Shown here piece after piece: positions 61,788-64,000 of a stretch of DNA of 64,000 nt. Each line of letters starts with the position of its first letter. The stretch's first letter is position 1. Source of the DNA: Candidatus Poribacteria bacterium (GTDB taxonomy: Bacteria > Poribacteria > WGA-4E > WGA-3G); NCBI GenBank assembly GCA_965214095.1, contig OZ243938.1:1440001-1504000 (forward strand), read 5' to 3'. Made by a program: the position numbers and the translations under genes. The notes beneath the pieces are model-generated. The model was not told the DNA's origin and did no database searches. It saw only the letters and a list, made by a program, of their open reading frames with translations.

Positions 61788-62240
61788 TATAGTGAATTAT
61801 AAATATAAGTTGACACTTTCGACCCACGGTAGGCGAGGTTTCCTAACCTCGCCGATGCAGAGTGTTCAAGTAATTTCAAAATCTACTATAATAATACCAT
61901 CTCTAATAAAGAATATACCAATAAAGAAATAACTGGTTCGTAGTCGCGCAATTCATTGCGCCTCTTACATTTATGGTGAAGTATGAAATTATATCTACAC
62001 TTTCTTTCTACGGTAGGTGAGGTTTCCTAACCTCACCTTATGCATCAATTTAAGGGGAATTACGCTATAATCCCAGACCGGTAGGTTCGGTTTCCTAACC
62101 AAACCATATCCTACGCGAAAACCTTTATGAACGCCATTGGCACAAATCCGGTCCGGTTAGGAAACCGAACCTACCGGCTTGGGTGTTAACTTTCAGTAAA
62201 TCTCTGTTTTGGAAAATACTTAAAACTAAATAACCCTGTC
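61788..62240. repeat. Nested repeat cluster: M2, M3 left part with REP-C, partial M2, IS4-type end after a REP-A hairpin, REP-A pair
   Basis: M2 61788-61890; TACCATCTCTAA at 61895; GTGAGG hairpin 62017-62036 directly followed by CTTATGCATCAATTTA. Confidence 0.75.
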
Positions 62241-62395
62241 TTGTTGGTAATTTTATTTGCCTTTAATATCATAACATGTTATGATTAATAATCAAATTGT
62301 TCACAATGTATTTGAACACGCTCTACATTAACATCAGAAACTGATGTTTAGCATCTCGGACGAACATATATCAATCATCGTCCCCCTTAAAAAGA

Positions 62396-63739
62396 ATGGA
62401 AGTTCCACTACTATCTTATTTGATCGGATTGGCAGGTCTACTCATCCTTTCCGGTTTTTTCTCTGGTTCTGAGACAGCTCTATGTGCACTTACACGTGTA
62501 CAGGTTGAAAAGATACGTCTCAAACGGGGAAACGCATCGGCAATTGTCAATTTTGTTGACAACCCACGCCGATTATTTATTACCGTCCTCCTTGGAAATA
62601 ATCTGGTAAATGTCACTTTTGCAATACTGATGGCAAGTCTTGTTGCACAACAACTTGATCAATTCTCCGATACCATTGAGTTCATAATGGCAACAGGATT
62701 AAGTGTCATACCGATGCTTATATTCGGTGAGATGACACCGAAAACGATTGCAATTAAACATGCAGAGACTTTTTCCAAAATTACCGCACCACCTTTATGG
62801 ATATTTTCTATTCTAATTACGCCTTTACGCAACCTACTACGCAAAATTATTGACATCCTTGTCCCAATATTTGGCGGACAGCCGCCACCTTCAGATACCC
62901 TGACTACATCTGAATTACAAGAATTATTCAAAACATATCATGAGGAAGCACTTCCTGAAGATGAACGTGAAATTGTAAGTAATATCCTACAAATGCGAGA
63001 CATTGAAGCAAGAGAAATTATGGTACCCAGAACTGAAGTAATTGCAGTACCTACCTCAAACACAATTCAAGCTTCACTCTCACTGGCAAAAGAACACGGT
63101 TTTTCAAGAATACCTGTATACCGAGAACAAATTGATAAAATCTATGGTATCTTCTATGTCAAAGATTTCGTGCAATTGCGGCAGTCGGGAATCGGCTCCC
63201 TTACGATTGATGAATTCCTTGAAAAACGTGATCAGATCGTAGGAAACACAAACAGCACATTGTTAATACGTGATCCTATTTTAGCACTTGAAACTCGTAA
63301 AATCGGGGTACTATTGCTCCAACTCAAACGTGAAAAAACCAAAATTGCAATCCTTCATGATGAATACGGCGGCACTTCAGGTATTGTTACCACAGAAGAC
63401 ATTATAGAACAAGTCGTCGGAGACATTGCTGACGAACATGACAAAGACGATTCTCCACCTGAATATATCAAACATTCAGATGAGCCTTTAGTTATTGAAA
63501 CTACCGGACGTATGAGTATTCGCGAACTCAACCAACAATTTGATCTCAGACTCGCAGATGATGCCGTAGATACAATCGGCGGTTATGTCATAGGCCTCAT
63601 TGGTTACATCCCATCAGTCGGTGAAACACAAGTTGACGAAAGTGGAATAGTATTTGAAATAACCGCAACAGAAGCAAACCAAATTACAAATTTGTTGATA
63701 CGAGTCCCTTCACCTAAAACACCTGAAATGGACATATAA
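62396..63739 (+). CDS. HlyC/CorC (CNNM) family protein: DUF21, CBS pair and CorC domain
   Basis: SGFFSGSETA, LLGNNLVN, FGEMTPK, FSRIPVY and DEYGGTSGIVTTED motifs. Confidence 0.93.
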   Translation: MEVPLLSYLIGLAGLLILSGFFSGSETALCALTRVQVEKIRLKRGNASAIVNFVDNPRRLFITVLLGNNLVNVTFAILMASLVAQQLDQFSDTIEFIMATGLSVIPMLIFGEMTPKTIAIKHAETFSKITAPPLWIFSILITPLRNLLRKIIDILVPIFGGQPPPSDTLTTSELQELFKTYHEEALPEDEREIVSNILQMRDIEAREIMVPRTEVIAVPTSNTIQASLSLAKEHGFSRIPVYREQIDKIYGIFYVKDFVQLRQSGIGSLTIDEFLEKRDQIVGNTNSTLLIRDPILALETRKIGVLLLQLKREKTKIAILHDEYGGTSGIVTTEDIIEQVVGDIADEHDKDDSPPEYIKHSDEPLVIETTGRMSIRELNQQFDLRLADDAVDTIGGYVIGLIGYIPSVGETQVDESGIVFEITATEANQITNLLIRVPSPKTPEMDI

Positions 63740-63753
63740 TTGGGGCAACTAAA

Positions 63754-64000
63754 TTGGATCCATTTTTACTCTCTCTCATAATATTCGGGGCAGATAGTTC
63801 TATACACAGTGCAATACTGATCAGTTCATTTGTCCTTGCTGTACTTGTCTGCCTCGTGCTGTCTGCATTTTATTCTGGTTCAGAAACCGCTCTTGTTTCA
63901 GTCAACAAAATCCGAATAAATCAACTTGTTCAGGAAGATGATTCTCAGGCAAAAATCATACATCGGTTGGTAGACTCTCCTCATAGAATGCTTGCTCTTA
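63754..64000 (+). CDS. Second HlyC/CorC (DUF21) protein, truncated by the window edge
   Basis: Manual translation gives LSAFYSGSETALVSVNKIRI; not in the ORF track. Confidence 0.8.
   Translation, partial: MDPFLLSLIIFGADSSIHSAILISSFVLAVLVCLVLSAFYSGSETALVSVNKIRINQLVQEDDSQAKIIHRLVDSPHRMLAL

Noticed and set aside
61756-61827. N-terminal extension of eda in the ORF track
   Set aside because: It runs into MITE M2; aldolase homology starts near ATG 61755.
350-63242. Numerous 60-150 aa ORFs antisense to or overlapping well-supported genes
   Set aside because: They are shadow ORFs without motifs or RBS support.
1-64000. tRNA, rRNA, riboswitch, prophage or RAYT gene
   Set aside because: None was recognised by eye; a covariance-model search would be needed to exclude small ncRNAs.

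Overview
Bacterial chromosomal window with about 55 CDS. It is probably from a Candidatus Poribacteria-like sponge symbiont; this is an inference from the LamG/PA14-like secreted proteins with a shared KLxTxW tail, five PhyH-family dioxygenases, a sulfatase and DUF4838. It carries housekeeping genes (fumC, hisB, rlmB, radC, comM, rfbB), a dispersed glycogen set (glgC, glgP, GT3-like synthase, glgB), inositol catabolism (iolC, iolD), a Doc-type TA pair, an Rpn-family nuclease and two IS (IS4, IS5). No rRNA, tRNA or CRISPR was recognised. The most striking signal is intergenic: several GTAG-hairpin (REP-like) families sit as cargo inside several families of ~100-190 bp MITE-like shells, each with its own ends and target duplication (TA, TNA, CTAW, AAAT, 20 bp). 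These elements insert into one another. At 15.7-17.5 kb four layers are nested, and the innermost is an IS4 element that duplicated a whole 20-bp REP hairpin. A 171-bp derivative of that IS carries its own target hairpins. All coordinates and counts were read by eye, and family assignments come from motif recognition, not database searches.
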